A stretch of 64,000 bases of DNA from an uncultured Poribacteria bacterium (GCA_951813565.1 OX638351.1:4480001-4544000), one strand, 5' to 3'; positions 29,266 to 39,832 are shown, counted from the stretch's first letter. Notes: generated by a model not told the origin, from the sequence alone. Made by a program: numbers and translations.

Positions 29266-30453
29266 ATGAAAATTACAAACATTGAAACCTTTATTGTAGA
29301 TGGTGGATGGCGACCTTGGATTTTTGTCAAAGTCGAGACTGACGAAGGTGTTACCGGTTATGGTGAATGCAGCGATGGCAGAAACCCTAACGGTGTTGCG
29401 GGAACTATTAAAGATTTAACACCTCTGCTGATTGGACGCGATCCACGTGCTTATGAGATGCGTTTTTGGGATATGATTCGCGGTTCACGACAAAGTCCGG
29501 GTGGCATTGCTGCAAAGGCAATTGCTGGTATTGAATGTGCGCTTGTTGACATCAAAGCGAAGGCTTTGGGAATATCCGTTGTAGAACTCTTTGGTGGTCC
29601 GACCCGTGAAAACGTGCGAGTCTACTGGTCGCACTGCGGTTCATCTCGTGCGCGGAACTTTGAACTGATAGGTGTGCCTCCACTCAGAACAATGGAAGAC
29701 ATCGCAGCATTAGGACGCGAAGTTGTAGAAAAAGGGTTCACAGCACTTAAAACAAATATCGTTATTCCTGGAGAACCTGCCTCGGTTTATTTCAGTGGCT
29801 TCGGTGGAGGACTCGGATCGACCGATGGAAATGTAACACCTGAACTTCTAAGACATATTGAGACACTCATCAGCACTTTTAGAGATGCCATTGGACCCGA
29901 TGTTGGTCTCAACCTTGATTTGAACTTCAACTTTAAACCAGAAGCGTGTATGCGTATCGCGAAGGTGCTGGAACCGTACGATCTGTTATGGTTGGAGATT
30001 GATATGTATGACCACGAAGCGATTCGTCAAATCAAGGATTCCACAACGACAAAGATATGCACCGGTGAGAATCTATACTATATGCGCGAATATCTCCCCT
30101 ATTTTGAGGCACGGGCTGCAGATATCTTTATGATTGATGTGCCGTGGAACGGATTTGCGCAATCTAAGAAGATCGGTGATTTGGCGGATGTTTATCAATT
30201 CAATGTCGCACCGCACAACTATTATAGCCATCTTGCCACTTATATTAGCGCGAGTCTGTGTGCTGTGCTACCGAATGTTCGCATTATGGAAGTTGATATT
30301 GACGATGTGCCTTGGAAAAACGATTTGACGACCCATACGCCAGAGATTGTAGATGGTTATATGAAAATCCCGGCGCGTCCAGGGTGGGGCACAGAATTAA
30401 ATGAGGAAGTCGTCAAAGCGCATCTATGGGGTGATCGGAGAGGAGATTGGTAG
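29266..30453 (+). CDS. Mandelate racemase/muconate lactonizing enzyme family (acid-sugar dehydratase-like)
   Basis: MKITNIETF, VKVETDEG.TGYGE, GFTALK, CTGENL, APHN, PGWG.ELNE. Confidence 0.88.
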   Translation: MKITNIETFIVDGGWRPWIFVKVETDEGVTGYGECSDGRNPNGVAGTIKDLTPLLIGRDPRAYEMRFWDMIRGSRQSPGGIAAKAIAGIECALVDIKAKALGISVVELFGGPTRENVRVYWSHCGSSRARNFELIGVPPLRTMEDIAALGREVVEKGFTALKTNIVIPGEPASVYFSGFGGGLGSTDGNVTPELLRHIETLISTFRDAIGPDVGLNLDLNFNFKPEACMRIAKVLEPYDLLWLEIDMYDHEAIRQIKDSTTTKICTGENLYYMREYLPYFEARAADIFMIDVPWNGFAQSKKIGDLADVYQFNVAPHNYYSHLATYISASLCAVLPNVRIMEVDIDDVPWKNDLTTHTPEIVDGYMKIPARPGWGTELNEEVVKAHLWGDRRGDW

Positions 30454-30474
30454 GGACGTTTGTATTTCTACGAT

Positions 30475-30504
30475 TGGGCGGGTCGGTGTTCCCGCCCATT
30501 TTTT
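30475..30504 (+). terminator. Rho-independent terminator between convergent genes
   Basis: tgggcggg-N8-cccgccca followed by T6. Confidence 0.65.
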
Positions 30505-30505
30505 G

Positions 30506-31354
30506 TTAACGTGCAACCGCTTCTGAACCAAGATTTTCTTGAATCCATGCGCGGAGTGGTACATCCTTGTCACCAGGGGAAGTATACCCCATTCCACCTG
30601 TGCTTTTGCCTAAAATCTGTTGGCGAATCGGGTCCGATTTTTCCATATAATGTTCCACCGTCATGTTGTCTCGCGGTTGCAGCCAACGGTAACTATAACC
30701 GTAAAAAATCACCTTACGCATAATGTCAGATGTATTGCGCCCCACTGCATGCCATAACCTACGGTCAAAAAAGACTGCCGTTCCCGGTTTAGCAAAAACA
30801 GACGTAGCGTTTTCTGGATTAGCCTTATCATCATCAGGCATTTTAACCTTGTTGAATTTTTGACTGCCCGGTATCACAGAAAAGTTACCGCGTCCTGGCA
30901 CAGACGTATCAGTCAAAAAATATGCAACTTTCAATGATACACGCGGGCGTGGTTCACCTTCCAATTCAATGTTGAGTCGTCCACTATCCTGGTGCCATCC
31001 AAGACGGCGCTGTTTGTTTTGTTCTTCAGGTGGGAGCGGTGGTAGTGCTATTAAATGTGAATGGTAGAGTTTGATATTCCAACCCAAAATTCCCCACACT
31101 TTTGGAAACGTTGTGTGCCAATCCAACATCTCAATAAAGATATTATCTCTACCGACGAAGTCAAGTATGTTGAAACTTGCATCGGGAGGAAGTTCGTCTT
31201 TGCCCAAGTGTTCCGCGCCAACACGGTCAAAAGCGACAATCAATTTCTCAACTATTTCCTGTGGAATGGCCTCTTTAACGACAAAATAACCGTTGTCCTC
31301 AAATTGTTGTTTTTCCGATTCGGTCAAACAGTGTTCTAAACATAGCGGGTCCAT
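30506..31354 (-). CDS. Phytanoyl-CoA dioxygenase family protein
   Basis: FEDNGYFVV, WHQD, LKVAYFLTD, PGTAVFFDRRLWHA. Confidence 0.88.
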   Translation of the reverse strand: MDPLCLEHCLTESEKQQFEDNGYFVVKEAIPQEIVEKLIVAFDRVGAEHLGKDELPPDASFNILDFVGRDNIFIEMLDWHTTFPKVWGILGWNIKLYHSHLIALPPLPPEEQNKQRRLGWHQDSGRLNIELEGEPRPRVSLKVAYFLTDTSVPGRGNFSVIPGSQKFNKVKMPDDDKANPENATSVFAKPGTAVFFDRRLWHAVGRNTSDIMRKVIFYGYSYRWLQPRDNMTVEHYMEKSDPIRQQILGKSTGGMGYTSPGDKDVPLRAWIQENLGSEAVAR

Positions 31355-31527
31355 TGTTTTCCCCTATATGAGCAGTGCTTTAGTTTGCAAAAGTCTATAT
31401 TGAATTTACATTCTTGTCAACGTCAATATATTTCAATTGTCACTATGCTCTCTTGTAGGAGGGCTTTGTCCGCCCGATTTATATATGCCAAAACTGAAAT
31501 TATCTGAGCGCAAATGAAAAAGTTCAA

Positions 31528-32346
31528 TCAATGAAAATTCCATGCTGCTGTTATATATTTTGTATTAGCTAACATTTCTGCCTGTTTTTTCTCTGTTAGA
31601 GACAGTTTTCCTGAATTAAACGTAATTCCGGGGAATGCCATTAAGGCATTCATACCGTTGATTTGGACCTCAAATGTTTCACAGATTGCTTGAATGAGTG
31701 AACTTCTGGTTATAAAACGTCCATCCATATTTATAGCTGCAGATTTATCGCATAACATTTCCTGAATCTCAGGGCGTTGTGAAACGCGCTTAAGGATAGG
31801 GTCCGGTGGCATATCCAAGGAGATATACCCTTGGAACAGTATACCGTTTCGATTGCGTCTTGTTGAAACGCCTGCCAGTTTTTTACCGTCGCACATCACA
31901 TCGTTTTCGGCAGGATTTGTCAGGCAAATATTATGGGAAGATTGCGAAAGATCCGCAGTAGCACTATAACATTTTGCTGGAATAGCAAGTTTCTCAAACG
32001 CCTTGACGAGACTTTTTCCTATTTGTTGATACGTCTCAGCAATACCACTTTCTCTCGCATGGCGGGGAAGAATCAGCGTATAGGTCAAATCCCACCCATG
32101 CACGACGGTGCCGCCGCCAGTCATTCGTTTAACCAACTCAATCTTATCCAAACAGCACGCCTTAACGTCAACTTCTGAGTTAATATCTTGAAAATATCCA
32201 AAACTGAACGCAGGTATTTCCCAATCGTAAAACCGCAACGTTGGATTTGGTTGGTCTTTCTGCGCGATCAGAATTGCTTCATCAATTGCCATGTTCATCG
32301 CCGCGCAATTTTTTCCCATTATTAAGAGACGTCCAATAGTTCCCAT
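31528..32346 (-). CDS. Lipoate-protein ligase A / octanoyltransferase (LipM-like) family
   Basis: NMAIDEA, PTLRFY.W, R.TGGGTV.H, DLTY, GKKLAG. Confidence 0.85.
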   Translation of the reverse strand: MGTIGRLLIMGKNCAAMNMAIDEAILIAQKDQPNPTLRFYDWEIPAFSFGYFQDINSEVDVKACCLDKIELVKRMTGGGTVVHGWDLTYTLILPRHARESGIAETYQQIGKSLVKAFEKLAIPAKCYSATADLSQSSHNICLTNPAENDVMCDGKKLAGVSTRRNRNGILFQGYISLDMPPDPILKRVSQRPEIQEMLCDKSAAINMDGRFITRSSLIQAICETFEVQINGMNALMAFPGITFNSGKLSLTEKKQAEMLANTKYITAAWNFH

Positions 32347-32978
32347 TAGGATAGTGCCACTCGGCAGACAGCGGTCGTATGTGCATCACAATACCAGAAA
32401 TATCCGTCCCAGTAGGTCATGCCGTGCGGTTCAGGATGTGGTTCAGGTATCTCAATTTTGTTGAGATGGCTGCCATCTTCTGGATTGAGGTGATAGATTG
32501 CGCGATGATTAGTTTCAACGCACCATAGGTCGTCCCCAACCCATGCAATGCCGTGTGGTCGGTCAGCTGGCGCAGGAATCGTGTGAATCACCGTGAAATC
32601 ATTTTCAACGTCAACTTGATAGATCGTAGCAGTAGGTGGCACTGCAACCCACAGTTTATTGTCGCGCCATTCCAAACCGTGCGCGCCTGTTTGTCCTGCG
32701 CCAGGGGTGTCAAAAGTGGCAAGTGTTTTGCCGTTTTCCGGGTCGGTTGAGAGAATTTCGCAACTATAGGTAGACGCAAGCCAGAGGTTTGTGCCAGTGT
32801 GTGTGATACCGCTACCTCTATCAGAACCTGTGTTGAGTGTCTTTTTCACTTCCCCGTCATAAGAGACGAGATGAACTTCATTGCTATGTTGATCAATAAT
32901 CCAAAGTCCTTCTTCGGTTGCTTGCAAGCCGTTAGGTTTTGGTCCTGGTGAGTCAAAAACTCTTTCGATTGTTGACAT
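32346..32978 (-). CDS. Beta-propeller protein (glutaminyl cyclase/Vgb-like fold), function unknown
   Basis: Repeated P..(P)HG(L/I/M)xW.G..(L/F)W units. Confidence 0.65.
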   Translation of the reverse strand: MSTIERVFDSPGPKPNGLQATEEGLWIIDQHSNEVHLVSYDGEVKKTLNTGSDRGSGITHTGTNLWLASTYSCEILSTDPENGKTLATFDTPGAGQTGAHGLEWRDNKLWVAVPPTATIYQVDVENDFTVIHTIPAPADRPHGIAWVGDDLWCVETNHRAIYHLNPEDGSHLNKIEIPEPHPEPHGMTYWDGYFWYCDAHTTAVCRVALS

Positions 32979-33015
32979 GAGAAATCTCCACATAGATGTG
33001 TATTATTTGGGGTTT

Positions 33016-33044
33016 ATTGTAAGCAGTTTTGAGAGGAGTGTCAA
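33016..33044 (-). promoter_or_regulatory. sigma70 promoter
   Basis: Minus strand TTGACA-N17-TACAAT upstream of 32978. Confidence 0.6.
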
Positions 33045-33113
33045 GGGATTTTTAATGTCTCAATGCAGGTTGAATATTAGAGTGGAAAACTTCGATCATT
33101 TTAGTGGCGGATT

Positions 33114-33325
33114 CTATAATTCTGCCAATTCACGTGCGTAATCAAGGCAGGCTTGAATTTGCATCGTTTTGAGGTCGGGGAATTGAGCAATGATTTCATC
33201 TGTTGTCCGCCCTGCTGCCAAGTATCCAAGCAGAAGGCTTACTGGAATCCTTGTGCCTTTAATACGTGGTTTACCCTTAAAATATCAGGTGTGCTAACGA
33301 TATGATCTCTCCAATTAATTGGCAT
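33114..33325 (-). pseudogene. DUF433-domain (VapB45-like antitoxin) gene with -1 frameshift
   Basis: MPINWRDHIVSTPDIL/GKPRIKGTRIPVSLLLGYLAAG.T.DEI...FPDL...QIQACLDYA; 212 nt, shift near 33278. Confidence 0.75.
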
Positions 33326-33416
33326 GTGAATTTTCCTACTTTGTTGTGAAGTTTCCGTGTTTTAATGATTCGGAGTTCCGCACGCGAGAACTAAAACCGT
33401 ATTCTATCAATGACTG

Positions 33417-33659
33417 TTAACGTTCTCGACTGGCATAGCCCGGTTGAAAGTCGTTGATGAACCTTGTTAACCCTTCTCCTTCTTTCGCCAATTCTTTCAT
33501 CTCTTCAATGTCATCCTCGCCAGCACTCTCATAAGTGTACAAATAGATGCTGCCGCTCGTGAATTGGATTCTGATGAAATTAGATCCTGCTTCATAAGCA
33601 GCGATTCCCGAATTTCCGTGAAGATTTCCATAACGTTTCATGCGTTTTTTCTTTTGCAC
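33417..33659 (-). CDS. Small KTSC-like domain protein
   Basis: GNSGIAAYE.G..FIRIQF..GSIYLY...G.....M..LA..G.GL.RFI; AGGAGG RBS before GTG at 33659. Confidence 0.6.
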   Translation of the reverse strand: MQKKKRMKRYGNLHGNSGIAAYEAGSNFIRIQFTSGSIYLYTYESAGEDDIEEMKELAKEGEGLTRFINDFQPGYASRER

Positions 33660-33750
33660 GTGTTTCCTCCTATGTGAGATCAGTAGTAGTAGTATCGTGA
33701 ATAATAGCACATCCGAAACTTTTTGTTAAATGAAATGACTCACTTTAAGA

Positions 33751-34178
33751 TTACGGGCAGGTATCTTTGGTTAGTAGATCCCGATGCGCTTTTCTTGTGT
33801 AAACTTTACCTTGAACTAAATCACGACTTTTAAAATCTGTGATCAGGTCCCTATCACCCTCTCGGCGAGACAAAAGAACTTTTACACCTGCTATCAGTGC
33901 CAAAGCAATAATATGCTCGTCATCTGATCTAATTCTATCTTTAAGTTCATTTGCTTTCTCTTGCACCCCTTCAGATACCAATTTGAGTTGACCAGCACGC
34001 ATAAGTTGGTCTCTTATGTGGATCATTCCACCTCTTCCCCATTCCTCTTCAAATTTTGGAGTATCAGCATAGACTAATTTACCACTTTTATTTCCAACCA
34101 ATTCCACACAGGTTCCATGTCTTTATCAGCAGGGTCCTTGAATTTATTGAAAGTATTCGCATCTAAAATCGCACACAT
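33751..34178 (-). pseudogene. PIN-domain protein, -1 frameshift near 34092 (possibly sequencing error)
   Basis: MCAILDAN... joins ...RSDDEHIIALA...LLS..GDRDL; 428 nt; starts 3 nt after ATPase stop. Confidence 0.65.
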
Positions 34179-34181
34179 TAT

Positions 34182-35513
34182 TTAATCCTCAAATCCCATA
34201 AGCCGTTTAGATTCTTTGAGGAAAAAATTTCTATAATGTGGTGGAACATCTGTCATATTTGCCATTTCATCAAACCCGATATTATGCACATTGACAATAT
34301 TTCCTTTCGGTTTAAAATAGATTAGAGACACATCTTCGGGTTTGATGTTGCCTTTTCTGATTTCAATCCGTGCGCGATCAATTATATAGTCGCTATGTGT
34401 TTCAATGATAAATGAGCAGTTTCCTTGTTTTGCCATTTTTGCTAATAGAGAGGAAAATTCAGCTTGTGCCTTTGGGTGTAAATGGACTTCGGGTTGTTGT
34501 AATAAGAAATAAGACATATCTTCATATTCAGGTTCAGTGCCCTTGCGAATACTATGATTTAGTATTTGCACCAAAATTGGCAAAATTTGGCTTACACCGT
34601 AGCCGACATCTATAATATTAGAAGTAGGGCCTCGGACTTTGAATTGCAATTGGAATGGTCCGCCAAGGGATCGTCCAAAATTTTTTATTTTTATGTCCTG
34701 AAAAAGTCCCGAACTTGTCCCAAATTCGATGAGTTGTTGTTTTAGTTTCTCCCATTCCTTTTTTTGGGTTGCTTCTATCCGCATTAAATACATAGGGATA
34801 TCACTACCTTCTGGATCATCAAATTCCCGCGCCGGATCGTAAGTTCGTTTAGGTCGTGATCTAATCGGCGATGTACTAAACACAGATAAACTACCAAAGG
34901 AATCCCACGGTCGGTAATCACCTATTCCTATATAGTGAATCTTTTTACTTAGATATTCCTTTAAGGCAATTTCTGCATCAGATTCATATTTGAAATGGAG
35001 TGAAAGTATTTTAATATAAGGTGGAGTTAAGGTGTCAGTTCCACAAATTATTTGATATTGATTTCGTTCTTTATCATAAGAGGCTAAACGCACAGTCTTT
35101 GCGATTTGTTGTCCAGTTTCAAGAATGATTTCACCATCAACGAATTTCACTCTTATTGAACTAACAGTCGGCTCAATTCCTCCTTTTTTCTCAACAAATT
35201 CAACTGTCACTTCGACTTTTTCATTACTATATCTACCAGCAAAACTATATCTACCAGTAAACCCAAGCTTAAAAATTTTTTCTTTTTTCTTACTATTTCT
35301 GACAATATCTCGGTAGGTTCCCAGTGAGTAGGGATGAGGGTTAAAATCTAACTCGCCATGTCGTAAATAATTTGCTAATACATGGAAACAAGCAAGTGCA
35401 GTCGTTTTACCGGTACTATTTTCACCAACTAAAAACGTCAGAGGGCGAATTTCAAGTGTCTGGCATCCACCGAAACAACGTACTTCTTCCATTGTGAATT
35501 GTGTAATGCTCAT
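34182..35513 (-). CDS. AAA_21/ABC-type ATPase with DUF3696-like C-terminus
   Basis: Walker A GENSTGKT, signature DVGYGVSQILP, Walker B/D-loop LLQQPEVHLHP, H-loop IETHS. Confidence 0.88.
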   Translation of the reverse strand: MSITQFTMEEVRCFGGCQTLEIRPLTFLVGENSTGKTTALACFHVLANYLRHGELDFNPHPYSLGTYRDIVRNSKKKEKIFKLGFTGRYSFAGRYSNEKVEVTVEFVEKKGGIEPTVSSIRVKFVDGEIILETGQQIAKTVRLASYDKERNQYQIICGTDTLTPPYIKILSLHFKYESDAEIALKEYLSKKIHYIGIGDYRPWDSFGSLSVFSTSPIRSRPKRTYDPAREFDDPEGSDIPMYLMRIEATQKKEWEKLKQQLIEFGTSSGLFQDIKIKNFGRSLGGPFQLQFKVRGPTSNIIDVGYGVSQILPILVQILNHSIRKGTEPEYEDMSYFLLQQPEVHLHPKAQAEFSSLLAKMAKQGNCSFIIETHSDYIIDRARIEIRKGNIKPEDVSLIYFKPKGNIVNVHNIGFDEMANMTDVPPHYRNFFLKESKRLMGFED

Positions 35514-35586
35514 GTTCTCACCTCCACAAATTCAATGTGTCTTTACACGCCAATTAAGATTCGGTTCGCGGACATAGTATCGATCT

Positions 35587-35937
35587 CTAACCATCAAGTC
35601 TGGGGCGGTCAATAGACTGCGGAGACTGAAATTTACCTTGTTTCCATTCATTATAGATTAAAAGGACTCCAAATGAACAAATTGCCAAAATTAGCCAGTA
35701 ACTAATATTGGAAATTAAGGAATAGATTTCTATGGCCCTCATTTCACTTGTATGCGGGCGGTTTAATAAAAATCTAAAATAAAATTCGCGGAGACCCCAA
35801 TTGAAGATTCTACCTATTAAAAGGGAAATCCAAATCAATATAACACCCGCTGACTTTGTTCGGATGAATAAAAACAGCAAACAACCCATAAAAACCAATT
35901 GGAAGATAATAGTTATTCCGGAAAGAATAAAGTTCAT
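35587..35937 (-). CDS. Hypothetical membrane protein (3 TM)
   Basis: Hydrophobic ORF, gagg RBS. Confidence 0.55.
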   Translation of the reverse strand: MNFILSGITIIFQLVFMGCLLFLFIRTKSAGVILIWISLLIGRIFNWGLREFYFRFLLNRPHTSEMRAIEIYSLISNISYWLILAICSFGVLLIYNEWKQGKFQSPQSIDRPRLDG

Positions 35938-35999
35938 TGTTAAGTCCTCTAATAGTAGAGATAGATTTGTGCTAATATGTTGGTCGCGTTAACTTATAA

Positions 36000-36473
36000 T
36001 CAGTTATATCTGTTGAGCCACTCTTTAATCTGATCTGCTTTCTCTGTTCTTCCCAATTGTCGATATGCTTGCTCCTCATATTTTAAGGATAATACTGGCA
36101 ATTTCATACATTCAAATGAAACAAATTCACGATACCTTTCCACTTCTACAGGGGATTCCCATGTGCCATTTGGTAGTTTTTTCTGTAATGCACCTATTAT
36201 TTCAACTTTTACACCTTCAATTTTTAATTCTCCCCAATGAGAGGCAATATTGTCTGAAACGGAAAATCTGACCCTCCGAACAACGTTTTCTATAAAAGCA
36301 TTCTCAATTTCATAGGCACCGTTCGCATCAGTCTGTAAATCAATATCGTTGATTTCGACTTTCATGCCGTGAAGCGCGAATCCAAGACTGCCGGTGATTG
36401 CCCAAACGACCTTGGTCTCTTGAAGTCCATCGTGGATAATTCTTAGAGTGCGCTGCTGTGGTGCTGAAATCAT
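36000..36473 (-). CDS. Nucleotidyltransferase domain protein
   Basis: WAITGS.GFALHG and DIDL motifs (Pol-beta NTase). Confidence 0.75.
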   Translation of the reverse strand: MISAPQQRTLRIIHDGLQETKVVWAITGSLGFALHGMKVEINDIDLQTDANGAYEIENAFIENVVRRVRFSVSDNIASHWGELKIEGVKVEIIGALQKKLPNGTWESPVEVERYREFVSFECMKLPVLSLKYEEQAYRQLGRTEKADQIKEWLNRYN

Positions 36474-36502
36474 TTTATCTAAATTGCTATTGTTCGAAAT
36501 CT

Positions 36503-39088
36503 TTATCCTGAGATATTCCTGAAATCAATACGGCGCAGTGCGATATCAATGAGTAATAGAATTAGCGCAGTGATAAGGAAAGGACGCCACAAATGAATCC
36601 GCAGAATTACAGGATTTTCTGGAGAACGAAATGCTTCTTCGGCAGAGATATTGAACTTTCCACCGGACACCGTTGAGAGTTGTGTGAGAAGCGATTCATT
36701 GGCGTTGTGAACGAGATATTCTTCAGGATAGGAGACAACCGTGCCTGTAACTTGTGTATTGACGATTTCTCCAGCCTGTTTTTGCATGATGTTCAAGAAA
36801 TAAGGTCCGACATCTTGCGTTGGGAAATCAAGCTCATATCGTCCAGGTGAGGTTTGTGAAATTGCAAGTTGTTTCTTTTTGAGATCAGGACCGATAAGGG
36901 AAATATCACTGTCTAATTCGTTTAAGAAATCTCCAGTTTCACTGAGTGCATCAATAGCAAGATGCGCAACCCCTTTCTCTTTAGTTATTTCTGCTTGGAA
37001 ATTACTCAGTGTTGTCTTACGCATCGTATCACGGACGAGTTGTGTCCAAAACTTGCCGTAACCGGGCCATTCTAACCAATCTGATGCCCATCGCGCTTTC
37101 GCATCGGATGTGAATGCGACAGCCTTTCCTAAGCCGTATTGCCAACTTGCCAAAATCGGATCACCACGGTCAGAGACGAGGAAGATTTCGGCGGTAGGAC
37201 GTGGATGTGTTGCCACGTATCCGAGGAGGAATGGTGCAAGTTCAAGGTCAATACCACTTAAAACCTGGGTCGGTTTGATACGTTGCGGTATAAAAGGTTC
37301 GTCAATGATAGCGGATTTGGAGGCAGTAACAGTTTCCTTAGCAAATATCTGAGGCACATTATACGGGTCTTGTGTAAAATAATCGCGCCCGCCGCCCCAC
37401 TTTGCAAGATCGCCCAGCATATTCATGTCAGCACCACTGCCGATGCCGACTGTGGAAACCGTGATACGCTCGGAATACATGGAACTTGCAATACCATACC
37501 AGTCTCCGGGTTGAGAATGCCCATCACTCAGAACAATAACGTGCTTGAGTTTAGCACTTGTCTCAGTCAAGGCAAAATACGCCTGTTGGAGTGCAGGATA
37601 AAGATTTGTGCCGCCACCTGCAGTGATTGACCCCACTTGATTCGAAATAAACTGTTTATCTGATGCGTCATGCATTTCTGTAATCCAGAATGGTGAACCA
37701 TCAAAAGCGATAACACCGATTTTATCGCGCGGTCCAAGCAGCTCTACGGTTGCACGTGCTGCCTCTTTCGCTAATTCAATCTTGATTCCGCCCATACTTC
37801 CAGATTTGTCAATCACGAGCATCATTGCTAAGGATGGCGTTTCCTTTTTCTTCTCAGTGTCGGTACGGACAGGTAAAATCTCCTCAATTGGGGTTTTATA
37901 GTAGCCGCCAAGTCCATAACTGTTCTCACTGCCGAGCATCATGAATCCGCCACCAAGGTCTTGGACATAAGTGCGGATAAGTTCCATCTGCTTTTCGTTG
38001 AGGCGGTTTGCAGGAACATCACTAAAAATAACAAGTTCATAGTTTTGGAGGTCAGCAAGTTCATGCGGTACCCCTAAGCCATTACGCACATCAACACGAA
38101 TCTTAGCATCCTCAAGCACCCGCATTAAATATCGGGTTTGCGACTCGTTTTCATCAATAAGTAAGACCCTGGGTTTACCAGAGACTGAAACAATACCGAA
38201 CGCCCGATTGTTGTCGTAACGTGTATCCTGTGTGGTACGGCAGGTCGCGTCGTAGGTCAATGTGCCGCTTTCCATAGAAGTTTCAGTGAACAAGACACGA
38301 TTTTCACCTTCAACAAGTCGTACTTCTTTTTTTGCCACCTCAAATTTGTTCTTATAGAGATTTATCTGTGCAATATCATCATGATTGCTGTGAATAAGCA
38401 CTTCCAAGTTGAAAGGAGCGCCTTGTTTGACCTGTGCAGGCGCTTCAATTCGCTGCACCATTACTTCCGGGTCATCACTTGGATATATCGGAACCGTATC
38501 AATCTGTATGCCGAAATCTTTCCCGCGAAGACCTGTGTGAATTGCATCGCCTTGTGTCTCAATGCCGTCTGTGATTAAGACAATCCGTTTGTTCGCATTT
38601 GCCGGAAAAACACTCCAAGCCGTTTCAATCGCTTGTGCGATATTCGTTGTGTCAGCTGCATCCTCATCTGCGTCTATCCAAGTCTGTTTCGTTTCAGCAA
38701 GATCTAATTTTTCTTCGGAACTTCTCTGATTTTCCAGATGAGCTGCCTGAAGTATCTCTGCCTTATCTGTAAACGCAATGATACCTACTTGTTGATTTCC
38801 GCTACGTGATTCAAGCGCTTCGTTGATGTATTCTGTTGATTTTGTCAAACCATCTGCTGAGATGCTATCAGAAATATCTGCGAGAAACATCACTGCAAGT
38901 TTGTCATCGGTTTTCAGATACTGGAGATCAGCTACGCTTAGGATAAGCAGCAGTACGATAATGATCCTGACACAGAGGCTAATTATTCTTTGTGTTCGAG
39001 ACAAGTCAACGAGGCTGCGCCGAAAACCGTAGTAGAGGACCGGCAATAAAAGCAGCAACAATAGCAAAAACGGTCGTGTAATTTCCAT
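36503..39088 (-). CDS. Membrane protein with BatA-like N-terminus, two VWA domains and GATase1-like domain
   Basis: MIDAS DISDS and DKSGS, LITDG/LSDG, GGGFMMLGSENSYG.GGY, C-terminal TM. Confidence 0.88.
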   Translation of the reverse strand: MEITRPFLLLLLLLLPVLYYGFRRSLVDLSRTQRIISLCVRIIIVLLLILSVADLQYLKTDDKLAVMFLADISDSISADGLTKSTEYINEALESRSGNQQVGIIAFTDKAEILQAAHLENQRSSEEKLDLAETKQTWIDADEDAADTTNIAQAIETAWSVFPANANKRIVLITDGIETQGDAIHTGLRGKDFGIQIDTVPIYPSDDPEVMVQRIEAPAQVKQGAPFNLEVLIHSNHDDIAQINLYKNKFEVAKKEVRLVEGENRVLFTETSMESGTLTYDATCRTTQDTRYDNNRAFGIVSVSGKPRVLLIDENESQTRYLMRVLEDAKIRVDVRNGLGVPHELADLQNYELVIFSDVPANRLNEKQMELIRTYVQDLGGGFMMLGSENSYGLGGYYKTPIEEILPVRTDTEKKKETPSLAMMLVIDKSGSMGGIKIELAKEAARATVELLGPRDKIGVIAFDGSPFWITEMHDASDKQFISNQVGSITAGGGTNLYPALQQAYFALTETSAKLKHVIVLSDGHSQPGDWYGIASSMYSERITVSTVGIGSGADMNMLGDLAKWGGGRDYFTQDPYNVPQIFAKETVTASKSAIIDEPFIPQRIKPTQVLSGIDLELAPFLLGYVATHPRPTAEIFLVSDRGDPILASWQYGLGKAVAFTSDAKARWASDWLEWPGYGKFWTQLVRDTMRKTTLSNFQAEITKEKGVAHLAIDALSETGDFLNELDSDISLIGPDLKKKQLAISQTSPGRYELDFPTQDVGPYFLNIMQKQAGEIVNTQVTGTVVSYPEEYLVHNANESLLTQLSTVSGGKFNISAEEAFRSPENPVILRIHLWRPFLITALILLLIDIALRRIDFRNISG

Positions 39089-39214
39089 AATCTTATGTTA
39101 TTTCAATGGGTTTTGATTAGTCTCAGTGGCAATCAGGTTTGGCGACTGAGTTGGTGGTTTGATACAAGTATACCACAAAAATTTGGCAGATGGCAAGGCA
39201 AAAGAGTGAACGTC

Positions 39215-39256
39215 AACATTGACAGGTAGATGCATGTGTCTACCTGCCGATGTTGG
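39215..39256 (-). terminator. Long hairpin downstream of the C-terminal-domain fragment
   Basis: caacattgacaggtaga / tctacctgccgatgttg imperfect IR. Confidence 0.45.
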
Positions 39257-39285
39257 CGAACTGTTATATTCTGTTTGGGTTTAAC

Positions 39286-39770
39286 CTATTTCATGATAAC
39301 CATTTTTCGAGTTGCAGTTAAATCAGAAGTTTTCAATTGGTAAAAATATACGCCTGATGCGAGTCGTTCACCCGAATCATTACGACCATCCCAGTAAGCA
39401 GCACGAGATTTGCCAATATAAAACCCAGTTGTTTGGAATCCAAGTTCAAGATGTCGGACAAGATGTCCCGCTGCATCGTAGATGTTGATAGCCACATCGG
39501 AATCTTTAACTAACTGGTAAGGAATCCATGTTTCTGGATTAAACGGATTCGGATAGTTGTTGAATAACGCTGTCCTGCTGGTTTGAGTAAGTCTGGTGTC
39601 AGGTGCAATTCAGCAAATGCTCGGTGAATATCTTGTGCGTTGATTTGGTGCTGTAGCGTCCGAATCAATTTGCCATCTACATCACGAACTTCAATCATCA
39701 AAACATCACCAGCTGAAACAACTGGGTTTTGATTGGTATCTGCCCAGACAGCATGTGCTTTGTATGTATT
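39286..39770 (-). pseudogene. C-terminal fragment of secreted protein with FlgD/T9SS-A-like domain, frameshifted
   Basis: AVWADTNQNPVV...; LFNNYPNPFNPETWIPYQL...AAYWDGRN..GERLASGVYFYQL..RKMVIMK; -1 shift near 39575; no start codon. Confidence 0.8.
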
Positions 39771-39832
39771 TAAACGTGAGTTTGATAATTAGACCCAAAT
39801 GTAGATGTCCGTTGGGTAGAGCGAAGCGAAAC

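Noticed and set aside
33060..36500. Integron cassette array
   Set aside because: Co-oriented small genes, but no attC-like RYYYAAC..GTTRRRY hairpins or integrase seen
39286..39570. Evidence for a real type IX secretion system
   Set aside because: The domain is only FlgD/T9SS-CTD-like and fragmentary; no T9SS machinery genes here
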